Virus record (IMG/VR): IMGVR_UViG_2681813161_000005
From: a virus
Taxonomy: Duplodnaviria; Heunggongvirae; Uroviricota; Caudoviricetes
Reading direction: 5' to 3' (one strand)
Length of the DNA: 14,994 nt
The notes below the pieces were generated by a model. That model was not told where the DNA came from. It saw only the letters and a program-made list of their open reading frames with translations, and ran no database searches. Every line of letters begins with the position of its first letter. Positions within the stretch are counted from its first letter, which is position 1. A program made the position numbers and the translations under genes. Below, in pieces: positions 1 through 7,157 of the stretch.

Positions 1-891
1 TCAGGCTGCCAGATCATCGTTTCCGATGGAAGCATAATAAGCTTTTTCTGCTTCTGCCGGAGGGATGTGGCCCAGCCTTTCCAGCAATCGTCGATTATTA
101 TACCAGTCCACCCACGTGAGCGTGGCCAGTTCCACTTCTGCACGGTTTTTCCAGCTCTTACGGTGTATTACCTCCGCTTTGTAAAGACCATTGATGCTCT
201 CCGCCATCGCGTTGTCATACGAGTCGCCTGTACTTCCTGTTGATGCCAGTAATCCGGCTTCCTTAAGCCGCTGTGTGTAGGCCAGCGATACATACTGAGA
301 ACCTTTATCACTGTGATGGACCGTGCCGGACGGTCGACGGGCCCATAACGCCTGCTCCAGAGCATCCAGCACGAATGTCGTTTCCATGGACGATGAGACC
401 CGCCACCCCACGATGTATCCGGCAAACACATCAATAATGAACGCCACATAGACGAAGCCCTGCCATGTGCTGACGTAAGTAAAATCAGCCACCCACAGCT
501 GGTCAGGTCGTTCTGCCACGAACTGACGGTTTACGCGGTCGCCTGCGGCAACGGCTTTCCGGCTGATGGTCGTACGGACCTTTTTACCCCGGAGAACACC
601 GGCAAGTCCCATAACCGCCATGAGACGTGCCACAGTGCATCTGGCCACTCTGATACCTTCCCGTAACAACTGACGCCAGACTTTACGCACACCGTATACC
701 TGATGATTCCCATCGTATACGCGCAGTATCTCTTTCTTCAGCCAGTCATCGCGCTGCGCACGGGCACTGCGTTTATCAGGATGATGTCGCTGTTGCTGAC
801 AGTGGTAATACGTTGACGGGGCAATATGTAGTTCACTGCATACCGGTCCGACCCCGTACAGCTTACGCAGCTTATCCAGCAGTGGCATCAC
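1..891 (-). CDS. IS3-family transposase OrfB (DDE catalytic domain), 296 aa
   Basis: Complete 296-aa ORF, identical protein in all three IS copies; integrase-core-like sequence (WVADFTYV...HHSDKGSQY...DNAMAES) typical of IS3/IS629 OrfB. Confidence 0.9.
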   Translation of the reverse strand: MMPLLDKLRKLYGVGPVCSELHIAPSTYYHCQQQRHHPDKRSARAQRDDWLKKEILRVYDGNHQVYGVRKVWRQLLREGIRVARCTVARLMAVMGLAGVLRGKKVRTTISRKAVAAGDRVNRQFVAERPDQLWVADFTYVSTWQGFVYVAFIIDVFAGYIVGWRVSSSMETTFVLDALEQALWARRPSGTVHHSDKGSQYVSLAYTQRLKEAGLLASTGSTGDSYDNAMAESINGLYKAEVIHRKSWKNRAEVELATLTWVDWYNNRRLLERLGHIPPAEAEKAYYASIGNDDLAA

Positions 892-1214
892 TTTTTCCAG
901 AGGCGGTCGAACTCCGCCTTCGCAAAATAAGCGGAAGCCTGGCGAAGGATATCGTTACTGCGGCGCAGTTCACGATTTTCACGTTCCAGCTCTTTCAGAC
1001 GCTGACGTTCAGCGGTGGTGAGCCCGCCATCACCGCCTCCGGTATCCCGCTCATGCTGGCGTACCCAGACACGCAGAGTCTCCGGTGTACAGCCAATCTT
1101 TGGGGCAATGGAACAAATTGCCGCCCACTGTGAGTCATATTCGCCCTGACTTTCCAGAACCATACGAATCGCCCTCTGACGGACTTCGGGGGAAAAACGA
1201 GTATTTTTAGTCAT
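888..1214 (-). CDS. IS3-family transposase OrfA (HTH DNA-binding), 108 aa, intact in this copy
   Basis: ORF begins [27 protein letters not shown] and carries a C-terminal leucine-zipper-like [11 protein letters not shown]. Its stop overlaps the orfB start. This copy has a G5/C5 homopolymer where copies 2 and 3 have 4. Confidence 0.85.
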   Translation of the reverse strand: MTKNTRFSPEVRQRAIRMVLESQGEYDSQWAAICSIAPKIGCTPETLRVWVRQHERDTGGGDGGLTTAERQRLKELERENRELRRSNDILRQASAYFAKAEFDRLWKK

Positions 1215-1269
1215 CCTGTTTACCTCTTTCTCAGGGAGTTTAGTCTCCAGGATTCCCGGGGCGGTTCAG

Positions 1270-2667
1270 TTCGGTACCCGTTCTGAAAAACTGCGTCGTG
1301 AAGTTGAACAGGCTGAGGCCCTGCTGAAACAACGCGAACAGGACAGTGATCGTTACAGTGGGCGGGAAGACGATCCGCAGGTTCCCCGCCAGTTGCGACA
1401 GTCTCGTCATCGTCGCCCGTTACCGGAGCATCTGCCCCGCGAAATAAATCGCCTGGAGCCAGAAGAAAGCTGTTGCCCGGAGTGTGGCGGTGAGCTGGAT
1501 TATCTGGGGGAAGTCAGCGCAGAACAACTGGAACTGGTGAGCAGCGCTCTGAAAGTGATCCGCACAGAACGGGTAAAAAAAGCCTGTACAAAATGTGACT
1601 GCATCGTTGAAGCACCGGCACCATCCCGTCCGATAGAGCGTGGTATCGCGGGCCCGGGGTTACTTGCCCGCGTGTTAACGGGAAAATACTGCGAACACCT
1701 GCCACTGTATCGTCAGAGTGAAATTTTTGCCCGTCAGGGTGTCGAACTGAGCCGTGCATTACTCTCCAACTGGGTTGACGCGTGCTGCCAGTTAATGACG
1801 CCGCTGAATGATGCTCTGTACCGTTATGTAATGAACAGCCGCAAAGTTCACACTGATGACACACCAGTAAAAGTGCTGGCACCGGGCAGGAAGAAGGCGA
1901 AAACAGGATATATCTGGACGTATGTCCGGGATGACAGGAATGCCGGTTCGCCAGAGCCTCCGGCGGTCTGGTTCGCCTACTCACCGGACCATCAGGGTAA
2001 ACATCCGGAGCAGCACCTTAGTCCCTTCCGGGGTATCCTGCAGGCAGATGCGTTTAATGGTTACGATCGGCTGTTCAGTGCCGAACGAGAAGGCGGCGCG
2101 TTGACGGAAGCAGGATGCTGGGCTCATGCGCGGCGCAAAGTCCACGATGTATATATCAGTACCAAAAGCGCGACAGCGGAAGAAGCCCTGAAACTAATCG
2201 GTGAGCTGTACGCCATCGAGCACGAAATACGCGGGTTGCCGGTGTCTGAACGCCTGGCGGTCAGGCAAATGCAGAGTAAACCGCTACTGACTTCCCTGTA
2301 TAAGCTGATGCAGGAGAAAGAACACACGTTATCGAAAAAATGCCGTCTGAGAGATGCGTTCCGGTATATCAGGAAGCACTGGGTTGCGTTGTGCAACTTC
2401 AGTGATGATGGTCTGGCTGAGGCGGATAATAATGCCGCGGAAAGAGCGCTTCGTGCAGTCTGTCTCGGAAAGAAAAACTTTATGTTCTTCGGCAGCGATC
2501 ACGGTGGAGAGCGTGGTGCGCTACTGTACGGGCTGATCGGCACCTGCCGACTGAACGGTATCGATCCGGAAGCGTATCTGCGCTATATCCTGAGCGTACT
2601 GCCGGAATGGCCTTCCAACCGTGTTGACGAACTCCTGCCATGGAACGTAGCACTCACCAATAAATAA
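1270..2667 (+). CDS. tnpC: IS66-family transposase TnpC (ISEc8-like), N-terminally truncated by the IS629 copy-1 insertion
   Basis: Reading frame is open from the IS629 boundary (1269) to the stop at 2667. Contains the zinc-finger-like CPECGGEL motif and a long DDE transposase body typical of IS66 TnpC. The ORF-track start at 1393 is an internal TTG. Confidence 0.8.
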   Translation, partial: FGTRSEKLRREVEQAEALLKQREQDSDRYSGREDDPQVPRQLRQSRHRRPLPEHLPREINRLEPEESCCPECGGELDYLGEVSAEQLELVSSALKVIRTERVKKACTKCDCIVEAPAPSRPIERGIAGPGLLARVLTGKYCEHLPLYRQSEIFARQGVELSRALLSNWVDACCQLMTPLNDALYRYVMNSRKVHTDDTPVKVLAPGRKKAKTGYIWTYVRDDRNAGSPEPPAVWFAYSPDHQGKHPEQHLSPFRGILQADAFNGYDRLFSAEREGGALTEAGCWAHARRKVHDVYISTKSATAEEALKLIGELYAIEHEIRGLPVSERLAVRQMQSKPLLTSLYKLMQEKEHTLSKKCRLRDAFRYIRKHWVALCNFSDDGLAEADNNAAERALRAVCLGKKNFMFFGSDHGGERGALLYGLIGTCRLNGIDPEAYLRYILSVLPEWPSNRVDELLPWNVALTNK

Positions 2668-2697
2668 GCGTCAATACGGTGCTCCGTTGACGCTTAC
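2664..2697. repeat. Putative IS66-family terminal inverted repeat (right end), containing an internal 9-bp palindrome
   Basis: Sequence ATAAGCGTCAATACGGTGCTCCGTTGACGCTTAC lies directly after the tnpC stop. Its reverse complement starts GTAAGCG, as recalled for IS66-family termini. AAGCGTCAA and TTGACGCTT form an internal inverted repeat. Confidence 0.4.
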
Positions 2698-2782
2698 TAT
2701 CGTATTGATTGATCTGCATCAAATTAACGTAAAAGCAACTTCAGATAATACAAATCAGCAACACTGAATATGGGGAAACATT

Positions 2783-2983
2783 ATGTCATCAAAGAACAGA
2801 ACCCGCAGAACAACAACCCGCAACATCCGATTTCCAAACCAGATGATTGAACAAATTAACATCGCTCTTGATCTGAAAGGTTCAGGAAACTTTTCAGCGT
2901 GGGTTATTGAAGCCTGCAGGAGAAGGCTGGCAACAGATGCAACGCATCTGCGCCCGGCCAGCATGAAAAATAACGAGAAATGA
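2783..2983 (+). CDS. Ribbon-helix-helix (Arc/Mnt/CopG-like) small DNA-binding protein, 66 aa
   Basis: N-terminal basic stretch, then beta-strand-like RNIRFP followed by two helices (NQMIEQINIALDLKG / NFSAWVIEACRRRL), the same layout as Arc (FNLRWP) and Mnt (FNFRMP). GGGG(A) Shine-Dalgarno about 7 nt upstream of the ATG. Confidence 0.55.
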   Translation: MSSKNRTRRTTTRNIRFPNQMIEQINIALDLKGSGNFSAWVIEACRRRLATDATHLRPASMKNNEK

Positions 2984-3114
2984 ACGTTCGGTTACAGGAG
3001 CAGGTACCCACTGTCCTCCAACAATATTTCATCTTCATATCCGACGGAACAAGACTTACCCTGCCGGGATGTACAGAATAACAACAGAGTGATAATTAAT
3101 TTCTGATGAAATAA

Positions 3115-3447
3115 TCAGGGTGCAGAAGGACTAAAGATAAACGTTTTCTTCACGCCTTTACACGGCCTGTCCTTCTCAAATCGCCATTTTGCCATCGCCT
3201 TTACAACCTGCTCATCAAACAAATGGTGCGGCTCTGAACGGATAAACTCAATTCGGGTGACAGTACCATCAGCACCAATATCAAACTTCACATCAACCCG
3301 TCCCTTTATATAATTTGCCGCTGCATAGGCCGGATATTGTGGTAATGCCTTAACCAACTGTCGGGGCATATCTGTTTTATGTTGCGTACAGCCCATAACC
3401 AGAGAAGACAACAAAATAATTAACGGAAGGTTTCTTTTCATTTTCAT
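3115..3447 (-). CDS. Lipoprotein with a TonB C-terminal-domain-like sequence (alternative GTG start at 3456)
   Basis: Signal peptide MKMKRNLPLIILLSSLVMGC with a lipobox-like VMGC. Mature part PQYPAYAAANYIKGRVDVKFDIGADGTVTRIEFIRSEPHHLFDEQVVKAMAKWRFEKDRP matches the remembered E. coli TonB C-terminal domain pattern (PQYPARAQALRIEGQVKVKFDV..DGRV...PANMFEREVKNAMRRWRYEPGKP). It lacks TonB's N-terminal membrane anchor and Pro-rich spacer. Confidence 0.6.
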   Translation of the reverse strand: MKMKRNLPLIILLSSLVMGCTQHKTDMPRQLVKALPQYPAYAAANYIKGRVDVKFDIGADGTVTRIEFIRSEPHHLFDEQVVKAMAKWRFEKDRPCKGVKKTFIFSPSAP

Positions 3448-3461
3448 TCCCGGCACAGATA

Positions 3462-3478
3462 AGAATAAGTCTTATTCT
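3462..3478. promoter_or_regulatory. Perfect 17-bp palindrome (8-1-8) just upstream of the lipoprotein start; candidate operator
   Basis: AGAATAAG-T-CTTATTCT on the + strand, with arms that are exact reverse complements, 6-15 nt upstream of the candidate start codons of the 3115..3447 gene. Confidence 0.4.
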
Positions 3479-3785
3479 AACAATGCCACCCTGTCGGTCA
3501 TCAATCCTCTGCTTAATGGCAACGACAATTATCCGACTTAAATCACAAATCAGACACATGACATAACAGAGCTTGCGAGGTAACACATCGTCCGGTTTCT
3601 TCCACCATCGCACCGGACCAGCGACCATGAGGGGACAACGCCGCGCTCCGTTAACGCGGTAAACCCCGGTGTGTATCGTTTTTGATTATCCCCGCACACT
3701 CGCGCAGAGGAGTCTCCCGGTCGGGCTGCGGTCTCTGTTAATGCGGGGATACGGCGACAATACCGCGCATGGTTAATAAGGTCGC

Positions 3786-4010
3786 TCAACACACTGGCTG
3801 TAATGCAGCGGATACCATGCGGCATTTAGCGGCATTCATCGTACACTCAACGGTTAGCTCTTCATTCGTGGCATTCACCTGAAAGGTCCGGGAGTGTAAT
3901 TGCGTACATTTACCACTGAACGAACCTTCAACAAGAACACGACCACGCTGCAAAATACGGAACGGAATTGTTCCCTGAAAAGGCTTTACGGTTACCAGTA
4001 ATTTCTTCAT
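3786..4010 (-). CDS. Small Cys-containing hypothetical protein (74 aa), immediately downstream of Rz
   Basis: ATG at 4008..4010 with GGAG 5 nt upstream; begins 23 nt after the Rz stop on the same strand. Five Cys, no signal peptide. No family recognised. Confidence 0.45.
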   Translation of the reverse strand: MKKLLVTVKPFQGTIPFRILQRGRVLVEGSFSGKCTQLHSRTFQVNATNEELTVECTMNAAKCRMVSAALQPVC

Positions 4011-4033
4011 GCATTCTCCGGATAACAAAAATA

Positions 4034-4432
4034 CTAGTTAATACACTGAGTGCGGATATATTCCTGCGCCCCTTCCAGTTGCTTCTGCATTGTCATCAAC
4101 CGCTCTCTGAGGGTGAAATAATCCCGTTCAGCGGTGTCTGCCAGTCGGGGGCCGGTTGCATTATCCATTCCGGAGGTGCCGGTGGCTTCACGCACGGTAC
4201 CGGAGCAGGTGGCGTTGATCCGCAGGCGCTTACGACCAGCGGCAACATCACGCTGGCGCTGCTGCATGTCAGTAATGGTTGCGTTTGCCAGCTCCAGCTC
4301 TCTGGCTTTTTTATCGCGCTGCGCTTTGTAGGTGATGGCGTTATCACGGTAATGGTCTGTTGCCAGCCACAGCGCACCACAGACCACCAGCAGAATAACG
4401 GTAAACGCGGAAAGCATTCGGTTTATGTTCAC
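4034..4432 (-). CDS. Rz: Rz i-spanin (lambda Rz homolog)
   Basis: HYRDNAITYKAQRDK...RLADTAERDYFTLRERLMTMQKQLEG matches lambda Rz closely; N-terminal TM segment. Lacks an internal segment (about 24 aa, from memory) relative to lambda Rz. Start is GTG at 4432 or ATG at 4417. Confidence 0.85.
   Translation of the reverse strand: MNINRMLSAFTVILLVVCGALWLATDHYRDNAITYKAQRDKKARELELANATITDMQQRQRDVAAGRKRLRINATCSGTVREATGTSGMDNATGPRLADTAERDYFTLRERLMTMQKQLEGAQEYIRTQCIN
4096..4248 (-). CDS. Rz1: Rz1 o-spanin lipoprotein embedded in the +1 frame of Rz
   Basis: MLPLVVSACGSTPPAPVPCVKPPAPPEWIMQPAPDWQTPLNGIISPSESG matches lambda Rz1 (..MLPLVVVGC..CVKPPPPPAWIMQPPPDWQTPLNGIISPSERG). Lies entirely inside Rz. The true start may be upstream or non-AUG, because the signal peptide is short. 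Confidence 0.75.
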   Translation of the reverse strand: MLPLVVSACGSTPPAPVPCVKPPAPPEWIMQPAPDWQTPLNGIISPSESG

Positions 4433-4560
4433 CCCAGCAGCCCCGACGAAGACAACATCATCCAGGCCATGGAAAGAAAAAGAGCAACCAGCATTAGTGA
4501 AAATGAAATGCCGACAATTACACAGAGGATCTTCGCCAGCGTTATGAGTTTGTCTGACAT
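4429..4560 (-). CDS. Small hydrophobic membrane protein (43 aa), hypothetical
   Basis: Strong Shine-Dalgarno AAGGGAGGA 6 nt upstream of the ATG at 4558..4560. Protein MSDKLITLAKILCVIVGISFSLMLVALFLSMAWMMLSSSGLLG is essentially one or two TM helices. Its stop overlaps the Rz start. Confidence 0.4.
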   Translation of the reverse strand: MSDKLITLAKILCVIVGISFSLMLVALFLSMAWMMLSSSGLLG

Positions 4561-4574
4561 GCTTAATCCTCCCT

Positions 4575-4757
4575 TCACGATTTCAACGCAATGACCAGTT
4601 TTGCCAGCCCATACAGCATCGGGGACACAGCAACACCGACCGCCACCCACTTAATGGCAAAAGCCAGTGCTCTGCTGATGTCATCAGTTACAGGCGCTTT
4701 CAGTTCAAGGCCGTTTTTCATGGTCAACCTCAACAGAATTCGTTTATACTTCGCCAT
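4575..4757 (-). CDS. Small C-terminally membrane-anchored protein (60 aa), hypothetical
   Basis: AAGGGAG Shine-Dalgarno upstream of the ATG at 4755..4757. Basic N-terminus MAKYKRILLRL followed by a C-terminal TM segment IKWVAVGVAVSPMLYGLAKLVIAL. Sits between the endolysin and the spanins. Confidence 0.4.
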   Translation of the reverse strand: MAKYKRILLRLTMKNGLELKAPVTDDISRALAFAIKWVAVGVAVSPMLYGLAKLVIALKS

Positions 4758-4788
4758 GTTCTCCCTTGCCTTACTCAAGGTCAGAAAC

Positions 4789-4826
4789 ACAAAACCCCGC
4801 CTGGTGCCAACAAACGGGGTTTTTAC
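4789..4826. terminator. Rho-independent terminator-like hairpin, bidirectional, downstream of R
   Basis: AAAACCCCG / CGGGGTTTT stem with a loop of about 15 nt. Followed by TTTTACTTTTATT on the + strand and TTTTGTGTTT on the - strand. Confidence 0.55.
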
Positions 4827-4912
4827 TTTTATTCACTTACGTTTCGCCAGTTCGCAGGATTTCGTGTTATCCGTCCGCGTGCTCATGCCTTATTTTCAGC
4901 AAAATATTCTGC

Positions 4913-5446
4913 TTATCTGTCGATGTCCCAGCACGCCAGCGCACTTTCCTGGTCTCGCCGGGATACCTGACCGTAGCAATTATTTGAGCGGATACGGCAG
5001 TCTCTGCCACCGTCCTTAATCCACCAGCGAATCGCTTCGCATGCTCCCCTGCGGTCACCAGCATTAATCCGTCTGTAAAACGTCGACGGGAAACACTTAC
5101 CGGGGCCAATGTTATAGGGACAAAATGACGCGATACCCGCTTTCTGGGGTTCGGTCAGCGGCACTTTAATATTGCGCTCCACCCATGCCAGCGCCTTATC
5201 ACGCTCAATGGCGTTGACCTGGTCGCATTTTTCCTTCGACAACTTCATGCCCGGGACGACAGGTTTACTATCCACCAGGATGGCACCGCGGCAGATGGTC
5301 CAGATACCCGCGCCATCACGGTATGCCGTGGTGTGGTTACCTTCCTTTTCATCCAGAAACTGGTCGAGGATTTCAGGCGCAGGCGCACCTGCGGCAATCA
5401 GCGCCAGAACGGCAGCCGACAGGCCGTATTTGATTTTGGTGTTCAT
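4913..5446 (-). CDS. R: Phage lysozyme-type endolysin with N-terminal SAR (signal-anchor-release) segment, 177 aa
   Basis: N-terminal weakly hydrophobic Gly/Ala-rich TM (YGLSAAVLALIAAGAPA) followed by a lysozyme-like domain, resembling the phage 21 R21 layout. Lies in a lysis cassette with a pinholin. Confidence 0.85.
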   Translation of the reverse strand: MNTKIKYGLSAAVLALIAAGAPAPEILDQFLDEKEGNHTTAYRDGAGIWTICRGAILVDSKPVVPGMKLSKEKCDQVNAIERDKALAWVERNIKVPLTEPQKAGIASFCPYNIGPGKCFPSTFYRRINAGDRRGACEAIRWWIKDGGRDCRIRSNNCYGQVSRRDQESALACWDIDR

Positions 5447-5496
5447 GGATATTTATCAGGGTTTATCGATTTCAAATCCCTGGATATGTTAAGTCT

Positions 5497-5646
5497 TCAG
5501 GCCAGCGGTGGAGTCTTCAGAGAACCAGTAATTATTCCCGGTAGTTTTCCTCTGTAGGTTATCAACACATCCTGCGCCTCTAAAATTACGGGGCGCTTTT
5601 CCGGCAACGGACCATCCCCTTCACATAACCCGGCAGCAACATCCAT
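5497..5646 (-). pseudogene. 3' portion of a small gene between holin and endolysin, split by IS629 copy 2
   Basis: After removing the IS and one copy of the CAT duplication, the frame continues from 6956 into 5646..5497 (..DVAAGLCEGDGPLPEKRPVILEAQDVLITYRGKLPGIITGSLKTPPLA), giving an ORF of about 114 aa. Its position matches ydfR of the Qin prophage; that identity is recalled, not verified. Confidence 0.5.
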
Positions 5647-5700
5647 TGAACCGCCCCGGGAATCCTGGAGACTAAACTCCCTGAGAAAGAGGTAAACAGG

Positions 5701-6026
5701 ATGACTAAAAATACTCGTTTTTCCCCGAAGTCCGTCAGAGGGCGATTCGTATGGTTCTGGAAAGTCAGGGCGAATATGACTCACAGTGGGCGGCAATTTG
5801 TTCCATTGCCCCAAAGATTGGCTGTACACCGGAGACTCTGCGTGTCTGGGTACGCCAGCATGAGCGGGATACCGGAGGCGGTGATGGCGGGCTCACCACC
5901 GCTGAACGTCAGCGTCTGAAAGAGCTGGAACGTGAAAATCGTGAACTGCGCCGCAGTAACGATATCCTTCGCCAGGCTTCCGCTTATTTTGCGAAGGCGG
6001 AGTTCGACCGCCTCTGGAAAAAGTGA
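5701..6026 (+). pseudogene. IS629 orfA with a -1 frameshift in a homopolymer (HTH N-terminus lost; internal restart possible at 5751)
   Basis: [15 protein letters not shown]... diverges from copy 1 ([18 protein letters not shown]) after codon 9 because of the one-base-shorter C-run. The downstream frame [10 protein letters not shown]... is identical to copy 1. Confidence 0.8.
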
Positions 6027-6913
6027 TGCCACTGCTGGATAAGCTGCGTAAGCTGTACGGGGTCGGACCGGTATGCAGTGAACTACATATTGCCCCGTCA
6101 ACGTATTACCACTGTCAGCAACAGCGACATCATCCTGATAAACGCAGTGCCCGTGCGCAGCGCGATGACTGGCTGAAGAAAGAGATACTGCGCGTATACG
6201 ATGGGAATCATCAGGTATACGGTGTGCGTAAAGTCTGGCGTCAGTTGTTACGGGAAGGTATCAGAGTGGCCAGATGCACTGTGGCACGTCTCATGGCGGT
6301 TATGGGACTTGCCGGTGTTCTCCGGGGTAAAAAGGTCCGTACGACCATCAGCCGGAAAGCCGTTGCCGCAGGCGACCGCGTAAACCGTCAGTTCGTGGCA
6401 GAACGACCTGACCAGCTGTGGGTGGCTGATTTTACTTACGTCAGCACATGGCAGGGCTTCGTCTATGTGGCGTTCATTATTGATGTGTTTGCCGGATACA
6501 TCGTGGGGTGGCGGGTCTCATCGTCCATGGAAACGACATTCGTGCTGGATGCTCTGGAGCAGGCGTTATGGGCCCGTCGACCGTCCGGCACGGTCCATCA
6601 CAGTGATAAAGGTTCTCAGTATGTATCGCTGGCCTACACACAGCGGCTTAAGGAAGCCGGATTACTGGCATCAACAGGAAGTACAGGCGACTCGTATGAC
6701 AACGCGATGGCGGAGAGCATCAATGGTCTTTACAAAGCGGAGGTAATACACCGTAAGAGCTGGAAAAACCGTGCAGAAGTGGAACTGGCCACACTCACGT
6801 GGGTGGACTGGTATAATAATCGACGATTGCTGGAAAGGCTGGGCCACATCCCTCCGGCAGAAGCAGAAAAAGCTTATTATGCTTCCATCGGAAACGATGA
6901 TCTGGCAGCCTGA
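6023..6913 (+). CDS. IS3-family transposase OrfB (DDE), 296 aa
   Basis: Protein identical to the orfB products of copies 1 and 3. Confidence 0.9.
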   Translation: MMPLLDKLRKLYGVGPVCSELHIAPSTYYHCQQQRHHPDKRSARAQRDDWLKKEILRVYDGNHQVYGVRKVWRQLLREGIRVARCTVARLMAVMGLAGVLRGKKVRTTISRKAVAAGDRVNRQFVAERPDQLWVADFTYVSTWQGFVYVAFIIDVFAGYIVGWRVSSSMETTFVLDALEQALWARRPSGTVHHSDKGSQYVSLAYTQRLKEAGLLASTGSTGDSYDNAMAESINGLYKAEVIHRKSWKNRAEVELATLTWVDWYNNRRLLERLGHIPPAEAEKAYYASIGNDDLAA

Positions 6914-6955
6914 GTTCACAGATAAAACACTCTCCAGGAAACCCGGGGCGGTTCA

Positions 6956-7153
6956 CATGAAAAACTGCTTCGCCTGCTTTTTCGCCTCAGCTTCGTAAAA
7001 CTCCAGCGTGGCATCTTCAGTACGGTCAAGACTAATCGCCACATCTGGCAACAACAGTGACGGATACCCACCAATTTCCAGTGCCACAGTAACAGTAATC
7101 TTATTCGGGTAATTATTTATCCCTTTAACAACCAGTTCGTATTTTTTCTTCAT
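6956..7153 (-). pseudogene. 5' portion of the small gene between holin and endolysin, truncated by IS629 copy 2
   Basis: ATG at 7151..7153 with a GGGGAGAG Shine-Dalgarno, 4 nt after the holin stop. The ORF runs into the IS terminus, whose TGA supplies the stop. Confidence 0.5.
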
Positions 7154-7157
7154 CGCT

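Larger units (their letters stand above)
1..1268 (-). mobile_element. IS629-like IS3-family insertion sequence, copy 1 (right terminus cut off by the window start)
   Basis: orfA (888..1214) and orfB (1..891) overlap in an ATGA arrangement on the - strand. The left inverted repeat TGAACCGCCCCGGGAATCCTGGAG ends at 1268 as its reverse complement. Near-identical to the copies at 5647..6955 and 8395..9703. Confidence 0.9.
5647..6955 (+). mobile_element. IS629-like insertion sequence, copy 2 (complete, 1309 bp), flanked by a 3-bp CAT target duplication
   Basis: Termini TGAACCGCCCCGGGAATCCTGGAG ... CTCCAGGAAACCCGGGGCGGTTCA. CAT at 5644..5646 and 6956..6958. orfA carries a 1-bp deletion (C4 instead of C5 at about 5725); orfB is intact. 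Confidence 0.9.

Noticed and set aside
168-1133. ORFs 168..449, 531..713 and 813..1133 inside IS629 copy 1, and their equivalents in copies 2 and 3
   Set aside because: They overlap the well-supported orfA/orfB frames, recur only because the IS is repeated, and have no start context. Treated as frame-shadow ORFs.
1514-2536. ORFs 1514..1984 (-), 1922..2104 (+), 2124..2396 (-) and 2354..2536 (+) within IS66 tnpC
   Set aside because: Antisense or alternate-frame overlaps of a long, clearly homologous transposase ORF, with low-complexity, Arg/Cys-rich translations.
2755-2964. 69-aa ORF antisense to the RHH gene
   Set aside because: Fully overlaps the RHH ORF on the opposite strand and has no Shine-Dalgarno. 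The RHH frame has the recognisable fold pattern.
3462-3478. Reading the 17-bp palindrome as a Fur box
   Set aside because: It is AT-rich and symmetric, but position-by-position it matches the GATAATGATAATCATTATC consensus poorly. Kept only as a generic candidate operator.
3377-3825. ORFs 3377..3628 and 3550..3825 (-) across the structured GC-rich spacer
   Set aside because: Translations are Arg/Cys-rich with no start signal, and one overlaps the lipoprotein start. More plausibly non-coding structured DNA.
3786-4010. Calling the 74-aa protein Bor or a PilZ-domain protein
   Set aside because: It has no signal peptide or lipobox and no similarity to lambda Bor. The RxxxR and ExSxxG motifs are only 5 residues apart, far closer than in true PilZ domains.
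3968-5019. Plus-strand ORFs 3968..4594 (208 aa), 4134..4331 and 4591..5019
   Set aside because: They are antisense to Rz/Rz1, the two small membrane genes and R, all of which have homology or strong ribosome-binding sites. The translations are low complexity.
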